Assembly (NCBI GenBank): GCA_963796965.1
Contig: CAWCNS010000011.1
Coordinates: 576,001 to 640,000 of the forward strand
Reading direction: 5' to 3'
Length of the DNA stretch: 64,000 bases
From: Calditrichia bacterium
Lineage (GTDB): Bacteria > Calditrichota > Calditrichia > JAJRVZ01
Part shown: positions 46,051 to 56,389 of the stretch, piece by piece
Numbering within the stretch: position 1 is the stretch's first letter
How the letters are laid out: every line of letters starts with the position of its first letter
Translations under genes and position numbers: made by a program
Notes under the pieces: generated by a model
Told to the model about the DNA's origin: nothing
The model's database searches: none
What the model saw: the letters and a program-made list of their open reading frames with translations, nothing else

Positions 46051-46060
46051 AATTTATTAG

Positions 46061-46165
46061 AGGGAAAAGGCAAAAGGCAAAAGGTTAAAGGTAAAAAGTC
46101 TGTTATCGGTAAGAAAGTTAGATACAGTATTTCCCTTTTCCCTTTTGCCTTTTTACATTTTCCTT
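46061..46165. repeat. Inverted arrays of AAAAGGC/AAAGGTA heptamers between convergent genes
   Basis: agggaaaaggcaaaaggcaaaaggttaaaggtaaaaag ... tttcccttttcccttttgcctttttacattttcctt. Confidence 0.8.
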
Positions 46166-46206
46166 ATACAGCAGGTTAATCTTTAACTATTTGAAAAACC
46201 TCCCGA

Positions 46207-47371
46207 TCAGAAATAAGCCGGATACCCGGTTATATCCTCTCCCAGGATCAGCGTATGGATCTCATGCGTTCCTTCATACGTATATACAGTTTCAAGATTT
46301 AACAGATGTCTGATCACCTGGTACTCATCCGAAATCCCATTTGCGCCAAGTATGCTGCGTGCCATACGTGCTATTTTAAGACTTATTTCAACATTATTTC
46401 GTTTTGCGAGTGAAACCTGTGTTGGTTTCATTTTATTTTCATCTTTTAGTCTACCCAATTGGTAAACCAACAATTGCGCCTTCGTTATTTCCGTCAGCAT
46501 GTAAACGAGCTTTTGTTGTGTCGAGCTGAAAAGAAGCAATCGGCCGGTCAAATTGAATTCTACTTTTCGCATATTTCAGGGATTCATCATAACAGGCCAT
46601 AGCAGCTCCGAGGGATCCCCAGGCAATACTATAACGTGCCTGTGTCAGACATTGCAAGGGAGATTTTATTCCCCCGCTTTCAGGTAAAACATTCTGTTCC
46701 GGGATCTCACAATCATCAAAGATCAACTCTGCTGTATCTGATGCCCGCAATGAATATTTACCAGTTATCGTTTGCGTTGTAAATCCGGGCGTTCCTTTCT
46801 CTACAAGAAATCCCTTCACTTTGCCATCAAGTTTTGCCCAGACCACTGCAATATCTGCCAAACTACCATTGGTTATCCACATTTTACTACCATTCAGAAG
46901 ATAACCGCTATCAATCTTTTGGGCTACTGTCTTCATTCCTGATGGGTTTGATCCAAAGTCGGGCTCCGTCAGACCAAAACAGCCGATCTTTTCACCGCTG
47001 GTTAACAAAGGAAGCCATTTCTTTTTTTGTTCTTCGCTTCCAAAAGAAAAAATTGGATAAATAACAAGCCCACCCTGAACCGAAGCAAAGGAACGAAGCC
47101 CTGAGTCCCCGCGCTCTAACTCCTGCATGATAAGTCCATATGCAATACTATTCAGTCCAGCCCCTCCAAATTTTTCAGGTAACGTTGGTCCTAAAAAACC
47201 CAGCTCGCCTAATTGAATAATTACTTCTTCCGGAAATTTACCTTTTTGGTGAAATTCGGTTACAAGGGGAAGATACTTATCCTCTACAAATTTTCGTGCC
47301 GTCTGTCTGGCCAATTTTTCTTCAACATTTAATTGAGAATCCATCTGATAATAGTCCAACGACTCAAACAT
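46207..47371 (-). CDS. Acyl-CoA dehydrogenase, glutaryl-CoA dehydrogenase-like (indel near 46500-46570)
   Basis: [51 protein letters not shown]. Confidence 0.88.
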
Positions 47372-47559
47372 ACCCAAACTCCTATTAATTGAATTATAGT
47401 ATGATAATATTCTGCTCTTCCCTATTACAATAAATTAAATTTTAATTTTAGGGCAAACAATACCTAATTTAAAAAAAAGGGTTATTACAAAGATATTTAA
47501 TACTTGCCCTGAGGTTAGTGACGGGCTCTGGCCGATGATATAAAATAAAAAAATTCTAA

Positions 47560-47703
47560 GCACGGAATTGCCCCCGTAAGATGGGGCAGGCCAGAAGAAC
47601 ACAGACATTAATGTCAGATGACTAAAAGGATCATATTAAAGCTCATCAGGTTGATTATTACTAAAATAAATAATTCCGTGTACGCTCCGTGTCTCTCCAT
47701 GGT
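47560..47703. repeat. 9-mer element (CACGGA/TCCGTG) with an internal GC palindrome
   Basis: cacggaatt[gcccccgtaagatggggc]...aacacagac ... aattccgtgtacgctccgtgtctctccatgg. Confidence 0.6.
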
Positions 47704-47782
47704 AAATATTTTAGAATCGTAAATGTTTTTGTACACGTCGCAGCGTAGCTGCAAAAAAGATAAAATGGTTAGAATATTGAGG

Positions 47783-48532
47783 TTAAAAAAGATGACGGTA
47801 GATTTCGTACATCTCCCAAATATTATCAACATAGGTTATTGTCTCATCAGAGCCATAAAAATAACCATATTTCGGCTTTCCCTGTGGCCAAACCTGAAGA
47901 TGAACCTTCCAGTCAGTCTTCTTTAATTGAGGTAGGTATGTTTTTACATGTTTCCATTGGTCAGGAGAATATTTCTGATAGCGGGCAATATCCTGGGCAT
48001 CAAATACCCGTCCCGCACCTGAATTGTAGGCAGCCAGAGATAATTTCATTCTATTCATATACGTTGCATGTGGGAAAAAACCATGTTGTTTTTTTAAATG
48101 GTAAATGCCTGCAGCAATATTCTCTCTTGGATTTTTAAGAATGTATTGGAAGTCTAATTCGCTACTTATTTCTCTCTCCGTGCGGGGCATTAATTGCATT
48201 AATCCCCTGGCGCCAACCGGACTTCTGGCATGTTCTCGAAATTTAGATTCCTGCATAATCTGAGCGACGATTAAACGCCAATCAAAACCATACCGTTTCG
48301 CATATTTTTTTATCACCGGGCTATATTTTAATATTGATTTATTATAGCGGTTCTTCTCTAATTTCTTTTTTACTTCGAGTATCCGCTTATTTTTTGCATC
48401 AATATCCCCTTTTTGTGCACTTAGAGAATCAACAGAGGCAAGTGTTGAGGTATCAGAGCTGGTACTATGGCATCCTAGAAGTGATAAAAGAATTATTAAA
48501 TTTGCAGCCCCATATGTCAAGAATTTTCTCAA
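47783..48532 (-). CDS. Lytic transglycosylase (SLT domain, MltF-like), likely lipoprotein
   Basis: LLGC lipobox; DWRLIVAQIMQESKF, GARGLMQLMP, LAAYNSG, ETITYV. Confidence 0.88.
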   Translation of the reverse strand: MRKFLTYGAANLIILLSLLGCHSTSSDTSTLASVDSLSAQKGDIDAKNKRILEVKKKLEKNRYNKSILKYSPVIKKYAKRYGFDWRLIVAQIMQESKFREHARSPVGARGLMQLMPRTEREISSELDFQYILKNPRENIAAGIYHLKKQHGFFPHATYMNRMKLSLAAYNSGAGRVFDAQDIARYQKYSPDQWKHVKTYLPQLKKTDWKVHLQVWPQGKPKYGYFYGSDETITYVDNIWEMYEIYRHLF

Positions 48533-48765
48533 TTCAAACTCATTCCAATAATCAAACCGACAATAAGACCAATCATGATAAAAATCCCCCCCACAACAAC
48601 CCCGACGGCAAGATTTCCTTTTTCTAACTCCCTGGGAATATCAAATAAAGTCGTCCTATTAATTAATTTATAGGTTAGAACTGACGAAAAAACACCAACT
48701 ATCACACCAAGAATGGCGTAAAGAAAATTCCGAATCATAATCATATCAATCCACTCTAATTCCAT
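48529..48765 (-). CDS. DUF350-like small membrane protein
   Basis: Two TM helices, ELEKGNLAVGVV; GAGG RBS before 48765. Confidence 0.7.
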   Translation of the reverse strand: MELEWIDMIMIRNFLYAILGVIVGVFSSVLTYKLINRTTLFDIPRELEKGNLAVGVVVGGIFIMIGLIVGLIIGMSLN

Positions 48766-48874
48766 CTGATCCTCTCTTTGCAAGAAATAGAATTTTAACC
48801 GAACAGTTATAGTATTGAAGTCTTGTGAAATATTATTAAAGTTTTCAAAATCTGTATGTGATGTATAATACTTT

Positions 48875-48903
48875 ATATTAAATATTTTCCGGATTTATGT
48901 CAA
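48875..48903 (-). promoter_or_regulatory. sigma70 promoter within DUF2851 3' end
   Basis: TTGACA-17 nt-TAATAT. Confidence 0.55.
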
Positions 48904-50179
48904 TGTCTTTGTTATTTACGACTATGGGACATGTCTGGCAGTCGTTTAACTCGCAATACTTATCCTTTAAATTAAACAAACCCTGATTCATATAAAATTT
49001 ATTGAATTTAATATCGGACCAGTAAGGATTTTTATAAAAGGGCTTTAGTACTGCATAGGGGGTTAATTGGGGAAGAGATAAATAGATTGATTGCAGATAT
49101 CTTTGAAATCCAAAATTAGATTGATGACCAGCCTCCCAATCAAAAAAGGGCAGAATCACATTGCCTAATATTTCTATTACTTGTGACCGGCCCCATTTTA
49201 TTTCTTTTGTCGCAACATTAATTTTTCTCTGTTGCGAAATATTCTCTGATGATTTTATTTTAAAGACCTTTTCTAATTCACCAAGCATTATTACATTAGG
49301 TAATCGCTCTCTTAACTTGGACTTAAATTCATGGTATAGGGATTGTCCTTCAAATCGGTGGAGCCAGAAAGCCAAAATTTTTAAATGATGACCGGGCTTA
49401 TTAAAAGGGCGTTGACCCGCACTAAACCACATAGACGATTTTAAGCCCTGTCTATTGTTAATTGCTTCAATTCGCCCAATCAAAGACTTAAGAGGAAAAA
49501 ATTCTGGCATCACTGAAATCAGATCGCTTTTTATTGCAAATAATGCAATCCAGTCCTCATAACTCATCTTAAACCTTTCCTTAATTACCATTAAATCATT
49601 CCAGGTTAAGATGGCGGAAAGATATTGGAAAGTCTTTTCATTATTGGGTTTACCAATGATACGCATTATTTGTTGGAAAATCATCTGATCGTAAGTCATC
49701 TTTTCTGCGTTTTTACGGAATCTTATCTGTCTTGACTGAAACCTATCTATAGACAACTCTATTAGATGATGCCGAACTTCTTTGATGTTTTTTTCTTGTT
49801 CGAAACATTGACCTTTTCTAATTTTAGGTTGTGGGAACGCTGGAAATATTTTAAAACCAAGCGTGCAAACTTCTCTCATTTTACTATTATTAACAGAAGA
49901 TTGCCCTATTTCATCTAACACAAGATGTAAGAGCACGTGATCATAATTATTATCAAGATGGTGATGATGATTATACCAATCATTGGTTCGTAAATGAATT
50001 TCAACGTCTCCCCGGTATATTGTACCATCAAGTTCAAATTCGGCACCCTGAAAATCTGGTCCACAGAATCGATTCAATTGGCCGGCATAAATTCCCCGTA
50101 ATCTATTATCTTTTGTCAAACTTCCCTGATGACAAAAATCCATCCAGATAGCATAAAGATCTTCCTCTCGTTTAATCAT
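48878..50179 (-). CDS. DUF2851 family protein
   Basis: GPDF..AE, GDVEIH....W..HHH..D.NY..V.LH, NVILP, C-terminal YC....C..C. Confidence 0.8.
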   Translation of the reverse strand: MIKREEDLYAIWMDFCHQGSLTKDNRLRGIYAGQLNRFCGPDFQGAEFELDGTIYRGDVEIHLRTNDWYNHHHHLDNNYDHVLLHLVLDEIGQSSVNNSKMREVCTLGFKIFPAFPQPKIRKGQCFEQEKNIKEVRHHLIELSIDRFQSRQIRFRKNAEKMTYDQMIFQQIMRIIGKPNNEKTFQYLSAILTWNDLMVIKERFKMSYEDWIALFAIKSDLISVMPEFFPLKSLIGRIEAINNRQGLKSSMWFSAGQRPFNKPGHHLKILAFWLHRFEGQSLYHEFKSKLRERLPNVIMLGELEKVFKIKSSENISQQRKINVATKEIKWGRSQVIEILGNVILPFFDWEAGHQSNFGFQRYLQSIYLSLPQLTPYAVLKPFYKNPYWSDIKFNKFYMNQGLFNLKDKYCELNDCQTCPIVVNNKDIDINPENI

Positions 50180-50255
50180 ATCCGTTTACCTTGTTTGATA
50201 AAAATGATTAAAAATTGGACTTTGTTTTCATCTGATTTATTTTTATTTTTAATCA

Positions 50256-50280
50256 CATCTATTATGCTCAATAATAGATG
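50256..50280. promoter_or_regulatory. Perfect inverted repeat, candidate operator
   Basis: CATCTATTAT-gctca-ATAATAGATG between divergent DUF2851 and HTH genes. Confidence 0.5.
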
Positions 50281-50410
50281 GAATATAACGTTTATTATCA
50301 TGAATAACAATTATTATATTTAAATTTTCTTTCGAGGATCAAACGTCCGGATAAAAAGACCATTAATGCTATAAATAAATGATAGGATTTAAAAATTAAC
50401 GAGGTGTTTT

Positions 50411-50776
50411 ATGGAAGTTATTCAGGAGCAGGTTTCAAAACGAATTTTTTTTCTCATGCAGGCCCTTGGTGCGAACCAGAAATCTTTTGCGGACCTATTA
50501 GGCGTTACCCAACCAGCCATCAGCAAATATCTAAAAGACAGAATCCCCCCCCCATTGGCATTGCTCAAATTAGCTAAAGCATCGGGGACTAGTATAGAGT
50601 GGATACTTACGGGACAACCTGATCAGCAGAATAAAATAGTTGCTGAACCAGAAGCCCCTTATGATCACACTTTTAAGAATGAACAAAAGATATCACAATT
50701 GCCCATTAATGTACAAGCCAGTATAAATGCATTAATTGATGCTATACTCGAAGAATCTGAGATTCAAAACAGATAA
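50411..50776 (+). CDS. XRE/CI-like HTH transcriptional regulator
   Basis: NQKSFADLLGVTQPAISKYL, SIEWILTG; GAGGTG RBS. Confidence 0.85.
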   Translation: MEVIQEQVSKRIFFLMQALGANQKSFADLLGVTQPAISKYLKDRIPPPLALLKLAKASGTSIEWILTGQPDQQNKIVAEPEAPYDHTFKNEQKISQLPINVQASINALIDAILEESEIQNR

Positions 50777-50779
50777 GAG

Positions 50780-51244
50780 TCAGGGAAGTTGGAACTCTTT
50801 TAGAAGGGCTTTTTTTGCTTTCTTGATCTGGTCGGATTTAATCACACTACTGATACTGGATATACTGCAGGATATGGCCAGAATATTTATTCCTGCCCGT
50901 CCTAATATCTTACAGAATTTTGCAGGAAGTACCGGTTTTTCTCTAAAATGTGGACCATATATACCAATAACACTCACTTCTGGTACTCTTGTTATCTTAA
51001 TATGTTTAATTAGGTCATTATTTCGCTCAAAAATTTGATCAATGCTTTTTGCCTCTTTCATAGTGACACAAACTGTCATAACCGCGGTATCTTCCGGTGC
51101 ACTTGATTCGGTAATATACTGTAGCCGGACGTTTTCTTTGGCGAACAATTTCAAAATTTCACCAGCAGCACCCGGTCTGTCCTCAATAGAAGTCATGCGA
51201 TACATGGTTAGATCACTATTTTCAACAAGTCCACCTATCTTCAT
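50780..51244 (-). CDS. Stand-alone tandem ACT protein (aspartokinase regulatory-domain-like)
   Basis: EDRPGAAGEILKLFA...VSVIGIYG...PAKFCKILGRAGINILAISCS. Confidence 0.75.
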   Translation of the reverse strand: MKIGGLVENSDLTMYRMTSIEDRPGAAGEILKLFAKENVRLQYITESSAPEDTAVMTVCVTMKEAKSIDQIFERNNDLIKHIKITRVPEVSVIGIYGPHFREKPVLPAKFCKILGRAGINILAISCSISSISSVIKSDQIKKAKKALLKEFQLP

Positions 51245-51271
51245 AACTTTTATTTCCTTGTTCTCAATTTG

Positions 51272-52606
51272 TCATTTGCGGATAGGAAACCTAACATTTA
51301 CCGTTGTTCCTTGATTTAATTTTGACTCTATCCAAATTTGACCCTGATTATTTTCCACGATTTGCTTGACGAGACTTAATCCAAGACCGGTACCCAACTG
51401 AACCTCTACTTTTGCGTTTTCAGACCTGTAGAATTCTTCAAATACCTTATTTAAATCATCCTCAGCAATCCCTATACCCGTATCTCGGACAGAAAACAGT
51501 ATGTGTTTATCAGTTTCAATGGTTTTTACAAACACAGAACCACCTTGTTTTGTGTAGCGTATGGCATTTACTATAACATTAGAACATACCTCTTTTAAAT
51601 CAGAAGGAATTCCAAATACCATTTTCGGCTCAATAGTTAGTTCGAGGGAGAGTGAAATTGACTTTGTTTCCGCATGATCTTTCTCCTGCTCCGCAATCTC
51701 CAATATGATGTCATTTATATTTACGAGTTCACCTTCTTTTTTGCCAACCAATGATCTGTTCCGGGACAGTTCTAATAATTCACGGATGATTTGTAACATT
51801 TGAGTTGATCTCTTTGAGGCCCGGCTCAATATATCCAACCCCTTTTCATCGATCTGTTTGTTATAGCTTTTTATTACCCCATCAATGGAACTTTTGATCG
51901 CCACAACTGGTGATTTTAATTCATGAGAGGTAAATCTGTAGAATTGTGTCTTTTGTTTATCCGACTCAATGAGTTGCAGATTCTGTTCATCCATCTGTCT
52001 TTTTATGCTTCTATATATATACATAAACGACGTACAGATGTACATGGTAACATAAACTGTAATTGTAAAAACAGCCAATACAATAAAAATAAAAAATTCG
52101 TTTGAATGCATATCTGAACGGAATATGCAGTAATGATGAAGAACACCGGCATATTCAAGATAAACGATGGAAGCAAATAAGAGGACGACGAATGTAGTGA
52201 GTGCTACCGGTCGCCAACCAGGGAATAATATCGAACTGAGAACGACATGAAAAGCATAAAATAAATAGATGGGATTTTCAACACCACCGGCATAATGAAT
52301 CAAGAGGGTCAAAAATAGCAAATCAACGATAATATGTATTTGAAGAAATAATATTTCTGCCCGGAAAGAAAACTCTTTATATAATTTAAAAATTACAAAA
52401 TAGAGTGTGTTTATCCCTGCCAGAAGAGCAAGAGCAATCCATATTTTCTCGTATGGAAAGGGCAATCCAAAGAAATGGTCAGCAATAAATGAGGCACAAA
52501 AATATCCAGCCACGATCATCCAGCGAAGAGTAATCGACCAGGATATTCTGCTCTGTAGTAATTTGATATTCAGAAATGGAAATTTTTCTATTGAAAGTGT
52601 TTCCAT
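51272..52606 (-). CDS. Membrane sensor histidine kinase
   Basis: About 6 TM helices; SHELKSP, NVIVNAIRYT, DTGIGI, FYR, GTGLGL. Confidence 0.92.
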   Translation of the reverse strand: METLSIEKFPFLNIKLLQSRISWSITLRWMIVAGYFCASFIADHFFGLPFPYEKIWIALALLAGINTLYFVIFKLYKEFSFRAEILFLQIHIIVDLLFLTLLIHYAGGVENPIYLFYAFHVVLSSILFPGWRPVALTTFVVLLFASIVYLEYAGVLHHYCIFRSDMHSNEFFIFIVLAVFTITVYVTMYICTSFMYIYRSIKRQMDEQNLQLIESDKQKTQFYRFTSHELKSPVVAIKSSIDGVIKSYNKQIDEKGLDILSRASKRSTQMLQIIRELLELSRNRSLVGKKEGELVNINDIILEIAEQEKDHAETKSISLSLELTIEPKMVFGIPSDLKEVCSNVIVNAIRYTKQGGSVFVKTIETDKHILFSVRDTGIGIAEDDLNKVFEEFYRSENAKVEVQLGTGLGLSLVKQIVENNQGQIWIESKLNQGTTVNVRFPIRK

Positions 52607-52645
52607 GGGTTTCTAATCAATCTGTTATCAATATTGTGAATTGGG

Positions 52646-53033
52646 CTAGTGCCCTAAATGGACTTTTACTACTTCGATCAAAGTGTCCGGGTTTACCGGT
52701 TTTTCCATGAACTCATTCACCGGTAGGAAATCTTCATCTTTATCTTTATCAAAACTAAAACCTGTCTCCTGGCCAACCGCCGTGAGCATGATGATAGGTA
52801 AGTCAGACTGTTTTAGCGTTATTACGAATTTGATAAGCAATATGAAATCCTTCATCCTGTGTTTTCATCATAACATCAAGAAGGACCAGGTCAGGTGATT
52901 CCTGCTCAATTTTTTCCAAACCCTTCTGACCATCTTGTGCATCAATCACAAGAAACCCCTCACTTTCCAATGTGAGACGCATAGCTTCTACTAAATCAAT
53001 ATCATCATCAATAATAAGAATCTTATTTTGCAT
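52646..53033 (-). CDS. Single-domain response regulator (indel near 52810)
   Basis: ILIIDDD, LVLLDVMM, PIIMLTA, FMEKP; no output domain. Confidence 0.88.
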
Positions 53034-53478
53034 ATTTCTCTGCCTCCTCCTTCACCATCTGTATGACGGTTGGGATACTTTTTTTTACCGTACCAGACAG
53101 TCCCGTATTAAAATCCATCTTTTCAGGTTCCACACCAATCACTATTAAATCATTTTCAACACCCATGCTTTGTGCCATTTTCCAAACATCGGCCAAATTA
53201 AAACCATGAAGTGAAAGACCATATTTTGATTCGAGAAATCCATTATCCTTTGCCGAAATTTTTCTGACGCTTCCTGGTTTTAACCCCATGCGGGCACAAT
53301 CAATAACCAGGACCGGCTCCGGTTGTAATAGTTTTTCTAAAATGGAAAAAGGATCAGAGCCGGCATCACAAAGTTCGACAGGGTCGTCATTCTCATCATT
53401 CAGCAAATTCTGAATGATCAGAGGACCAATTCCATCGTCCCCGCGCAGACTATTGCCTAATCCAATTACCTTTAACAT
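53023..53478 (-). CDS. Hydrogenase maturation protease
   Basis: IGLGNSLRGDDGIG, VIDCA, SLHG, IGVEP. Confidence 0.92.
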   Translation of the reverse strand: MLKVIGLGNSLRGDDGIGPLIIQNLLNDENDDPVELCDAGSDPFSILEKLLQPEPVLVIDCARMGLKPGSVRKISAKDNGFLESKYGLSLHGFNLADVWKMAQSMGVENDLIVIGVEPEKMDFNTGLSGTVKKSIPTVIQMVKEEAEKYAK

Positions 53479-53485
53479 ATCGATC

Positions 53486-54790
53486 CTATTCGATAAAATC
53501 AACATCCAACAAATGAACGGAACATGAAATACAAGGATCATAGGCCCTGACAAGCATCTCTAACTTTTTCGTGATTTCTTCTTTAGAATTATCAATAATC
53601 TCAGGGACAAGTTTTTTCATATCATCATCAATATTGGCAAGATTTTGACCTGTAGGAATGATGCAATTAGCCGCCTCGATATTTCCCTGACGATTATAAG
53701 TATAGTCATGAAAAAGAATGCCACGCGGTACTTCAGTTGCTCCTATACCCCTCCCATATTTGGTGATTTCTACATTTGCTTTTTCTGGTTTAATACCATC
53801 TCCAAGTAATTTATTTATAAGCTCAATGGTATCATCAATACAATGGACGACTTCCACCATCTGCGCCACGGAATTCATATAGGGATTATAACAGGGTGCG
53901 CTAAGTCCTAATTTTTCAGCTGCTGCTTTCGCTTTCGGTCTCAGTAATTTAGCACTATTGTTAAAACGCCCTAAAGCCCCAACCATATAGGAAGAGCGAT
54001 TAAATCGGGCATGCTTACTTGAAGAATGTGGTACAACAAACTCATTTGTTACATCCAGATAATCCTCTATAGGGCGCAGTCCGGTATCTGAGGAACATAT
54101 TTGTCCATCATACAATCCATATTCTTCATCGTTGTACAAACTTATGTATTCTGTCTCACGAACAAAATCAGGGAAATTACCCGCCAGAGAGGCAACCACA
54201 TCGATGGCAAAATCGGCATCCGGCATACCCTGATTAATAAGTTTATCTCGCAGATCAATCAATTCTTTTTCAGTGGGCAGTTTGGTAAATCCGCCTGGTA
54301 CCATTGTAATGGGGTGTACAGCACTGCCGCTGATCACGTCACCAATATCATTGGCTAACCTTTTCAACCTTAAAGCAGCCAACACAACATCTTTATGCGT
54401 ATTGATCAATGGAAAAACAGACCCTACATTCAATAGATCAGGCGTTGCAAGGAAGAGAGCATGAAGTACATTACTTTGAAAAGTAGCCCCATGAACCAGA
54501 ATTTTTCTTAAATCTTTAGTCTGGTTCGAGATCTCAATGCCTAATGCATCTTCAGTAGCCTGTAATGAGGCGATTTGATGGCCAAGCGAACAAATTCCAC
54601 AAATTCGGGAGGTTATGATAGCTGCTTCCTGAAAATTTCTCCCTTTTAGCATGGCCTCAAAAAATCGCGGTGCCTCTACAATGTCCAATTGGGCTTTTTC
54701 CAGCACACCATTTTTCATATTAACAACAATATTGCCATGTCCTTCTACCCGTGTCACATGATGGACATCTATATGCAGATCTTTTTTCAT
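53486..54790 (-). CDS. hyhL: Group 3b [NiFe]-hydrogenase large (alpha) subunit
   Basis: TRVEGHG, RFFE, L1 RICGICSLGH, EVPRG, L2 RAYDPCISCSVH plus short cleavable tail. Confidence 0.93.
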   Translation of the reverse strand: MKKDLHIDVHHVTRVEGHGNIVVNMKNGVLEKAQLDIVEAPRFFEAMLKGRNFQEAAIITSRICGICSLGHQIASLQATEDALGIEISNQTKDLRKILVHGATFQSNVLHALFLATPDLLNVGSVFPLINTHKDVVLAALRLKRLANDIGDVISGSAVHPITMVPGGFTKLPTEKELIDLRDKLINQGMPDADFAIDVVASLAGNFPDFVRETEYISLYNDEEYGLYDGQICSSDTGLRPIEDYLDVTNEFVVPHSSSKHARFNRSSYMVGALGRFNNSAKLLRPKAKAAAEKLGLSAPCYNPYMNSVAQMVEVVHCIDDTIELINKLLGDGIKPEKANVEITKYGRGIGATEVPRGILFHDYTYNRQGNIEAANCIIPTGQNLANIDDDMKKLVPEIIDNSKEEITKKLEMLVRAYDPCISCSVHLLDVDFIE

Positions 54791-54801
54791 CTTAATTTCC
54801 C

Positions 54802-55536
54802 CTATTCGATCTCATTTGCACAAAACATTTTCATTCGTTTCATTGCTTCCTGGGTGGATAGATTGTGTCGTTTTAACATCTCAATGGCACCATTCTCATT
54901 CACATTGGATATCAATCCCCGACATCCAATACAATATTGGCCATTTGAAGGACAAATAGCCTCACACCCACCTCGTGTAATTGGTCCCAGGCAAAACATA
55001 CCTTTATCCAAAACACATTCATTTTCCTGTTGTTTACATTCCACGCATACAGAATAATCGATAATCTCAGGACTTCTACCCAAAGCAAGGGATTTAAAAA
55101 TATGAAGATATTCGGGAGTACTCATTGGACACCCGCGCACTTCATAGTCTACTTTTACAATGGCGCTCACAGGTTGTACAGGCATAGAGGGAAATAGATA
55201 TTTATCATCACCATAAACCGTTTCCTTTACCCATTCCGGCGGATGCAGATTTTTCATAGCATTAATACCACCCGAGGTAGCACACGAACCCAGGGCTACC
55301 AGGACCTTGCTCCGGCGGCGTATATCATGGATACGTTCGACACAAGTAGGCGTACTGATACTCCCTTCAATAAAGGCGATATCGTATTCTTCAGCCTTGT
55401 CATCCATTGCTTCGCGGAATTCAACAATTTCTACCAATTCAAGAATATCGAGCAAATCATTTTCAAAATTCAATTTATTTAATTGACAACCTTCACAACT
55501 TGTAAAATCAAAAAAGGCTACGCGTGGCTTACTCAT
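54802..55536 (-). CDS. hyhS: Group 3b hydrogenase small (delta) subunit
   Basis: FTSCEGCQL, EGS, GSCA..GG, GCP, CVEC...CLGPITRGGC...C...CIGCRG. Confidence 0.92.
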   Translation of the reverse strand: MSKPRVAFFDFTSCEGCQLNKLNFENDLLDILELVEIVEFREAMDDKAEEYDIAFIEGSISTPTCVERIHDIRRRSKVLVALGSCATSGGINAMKNLHPPEWVKETVYGDDKYLFPSMPVQPVSAIVKVDYEVRGCPMSTPEYLHIFKSLALGRSPEIIDYSVCVECKQQENECVLDKGMFCLGPITRGGCEAICPSNGQYCIGCRGLISNVNENGAIEMLKRHNLSTQEAMKRMKMFCANEIE

Positions 55537-56373
55537 ATCGCTTCCTCCAACTCTTTCACATGCGGATAATGATAGACCGGGCCGTCTTGACAAACATAGG
55601 TGTCATTGATTTGACAATGACCACATTTTCCCACACCACATTTCATACGCCGTTCTAACGATAAATAAATATTTTCATCTGCGATCCGTTTCGATTTCAA
55701 TGCCATAATAACAAACTTATACATAACCGGGGGTCCCACTACGGTAGCAATCGTATTCTCAATATCCAGATCAAGAGGTGGTATTAAGGTTGTAATCACA
55801 CCAACATTTCCTTTCCACTCCTCATCCGCTCGATCAACTGTCATATGGAATTCAATATCTTTACGGCTGCCCCATTCCTCAATATCAGATTTGAATAAAA
55901 TTTCTCTTGGGCTTTTTGTACCATATAAAATGACAACACGTCCAAATTCATCCCGTTTGTCTATCGTATAATCGATCAAGGATTTCAATGGCGCTAGTCC
56001 AATGCCACCACATACGAAAAGCATATCCTTTTTCAAGAAAGATTTAACATCAAATCCATTTCCAAAAGGCCCACGGATACCTAACTGGCACCCTGCGGTC
56101 AGCTGATGCATCTTATCCGTAAGCCGGCCGGCATTTCGCACTGTAAGTTCAAATCCTGGCGTCCTCGTTGGTGAAGAACAAATCGATATGGGTGCCTCGC
56201 CATATCCAAACAAGGAGACTTCTACAAACTGACCTGGTTTATGATCTAAGGCTTATGTTATCCGGAAGATGTATTTCGAATTTCTTTTCTAACGGGGTCA
56301 ATGTTTCAACTTTTTGTATTTCAGATATCAAAGGATTATACAAATTCTTTGATTCAACAGCTAATACTTCCAT
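55533..56373 (-). CDS. hyhG: Group 3b hydrogenase FAD/NAD(P)-binding (gamma) subunit (indel near 56250)
   Basis: PGQF, GEAPISICS, RGPFGNGF, GGIGLAPL, GPPVMY, ERRMKCGVGKCGHC, CQDGPV. Confidence 0.92.
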
Positions 56374-56389
56374 CCTTAACTCCTCAAAT

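Noticed and set aside
47614..47832. 72-aa minus-strand ORF and similar small intergenic ORFs (e.g. 50129-50323)
   Set aside because: Overlap repeat elements or AT-rich regulatory DNA, low-complexity translation, no clear RBS
50411..50776. Prophage remnant suggested by a CI-like HTH
   Set aside because: No integrase, structural genes or att sites nearby; flanks are ordinary chromosomal genes
53486..53560. Selenocysteine ([NiFeSe]) hydrogenase
   Set aside because: L2 motif is DPCISC with ordinary Cys codons and no in-frame TGA
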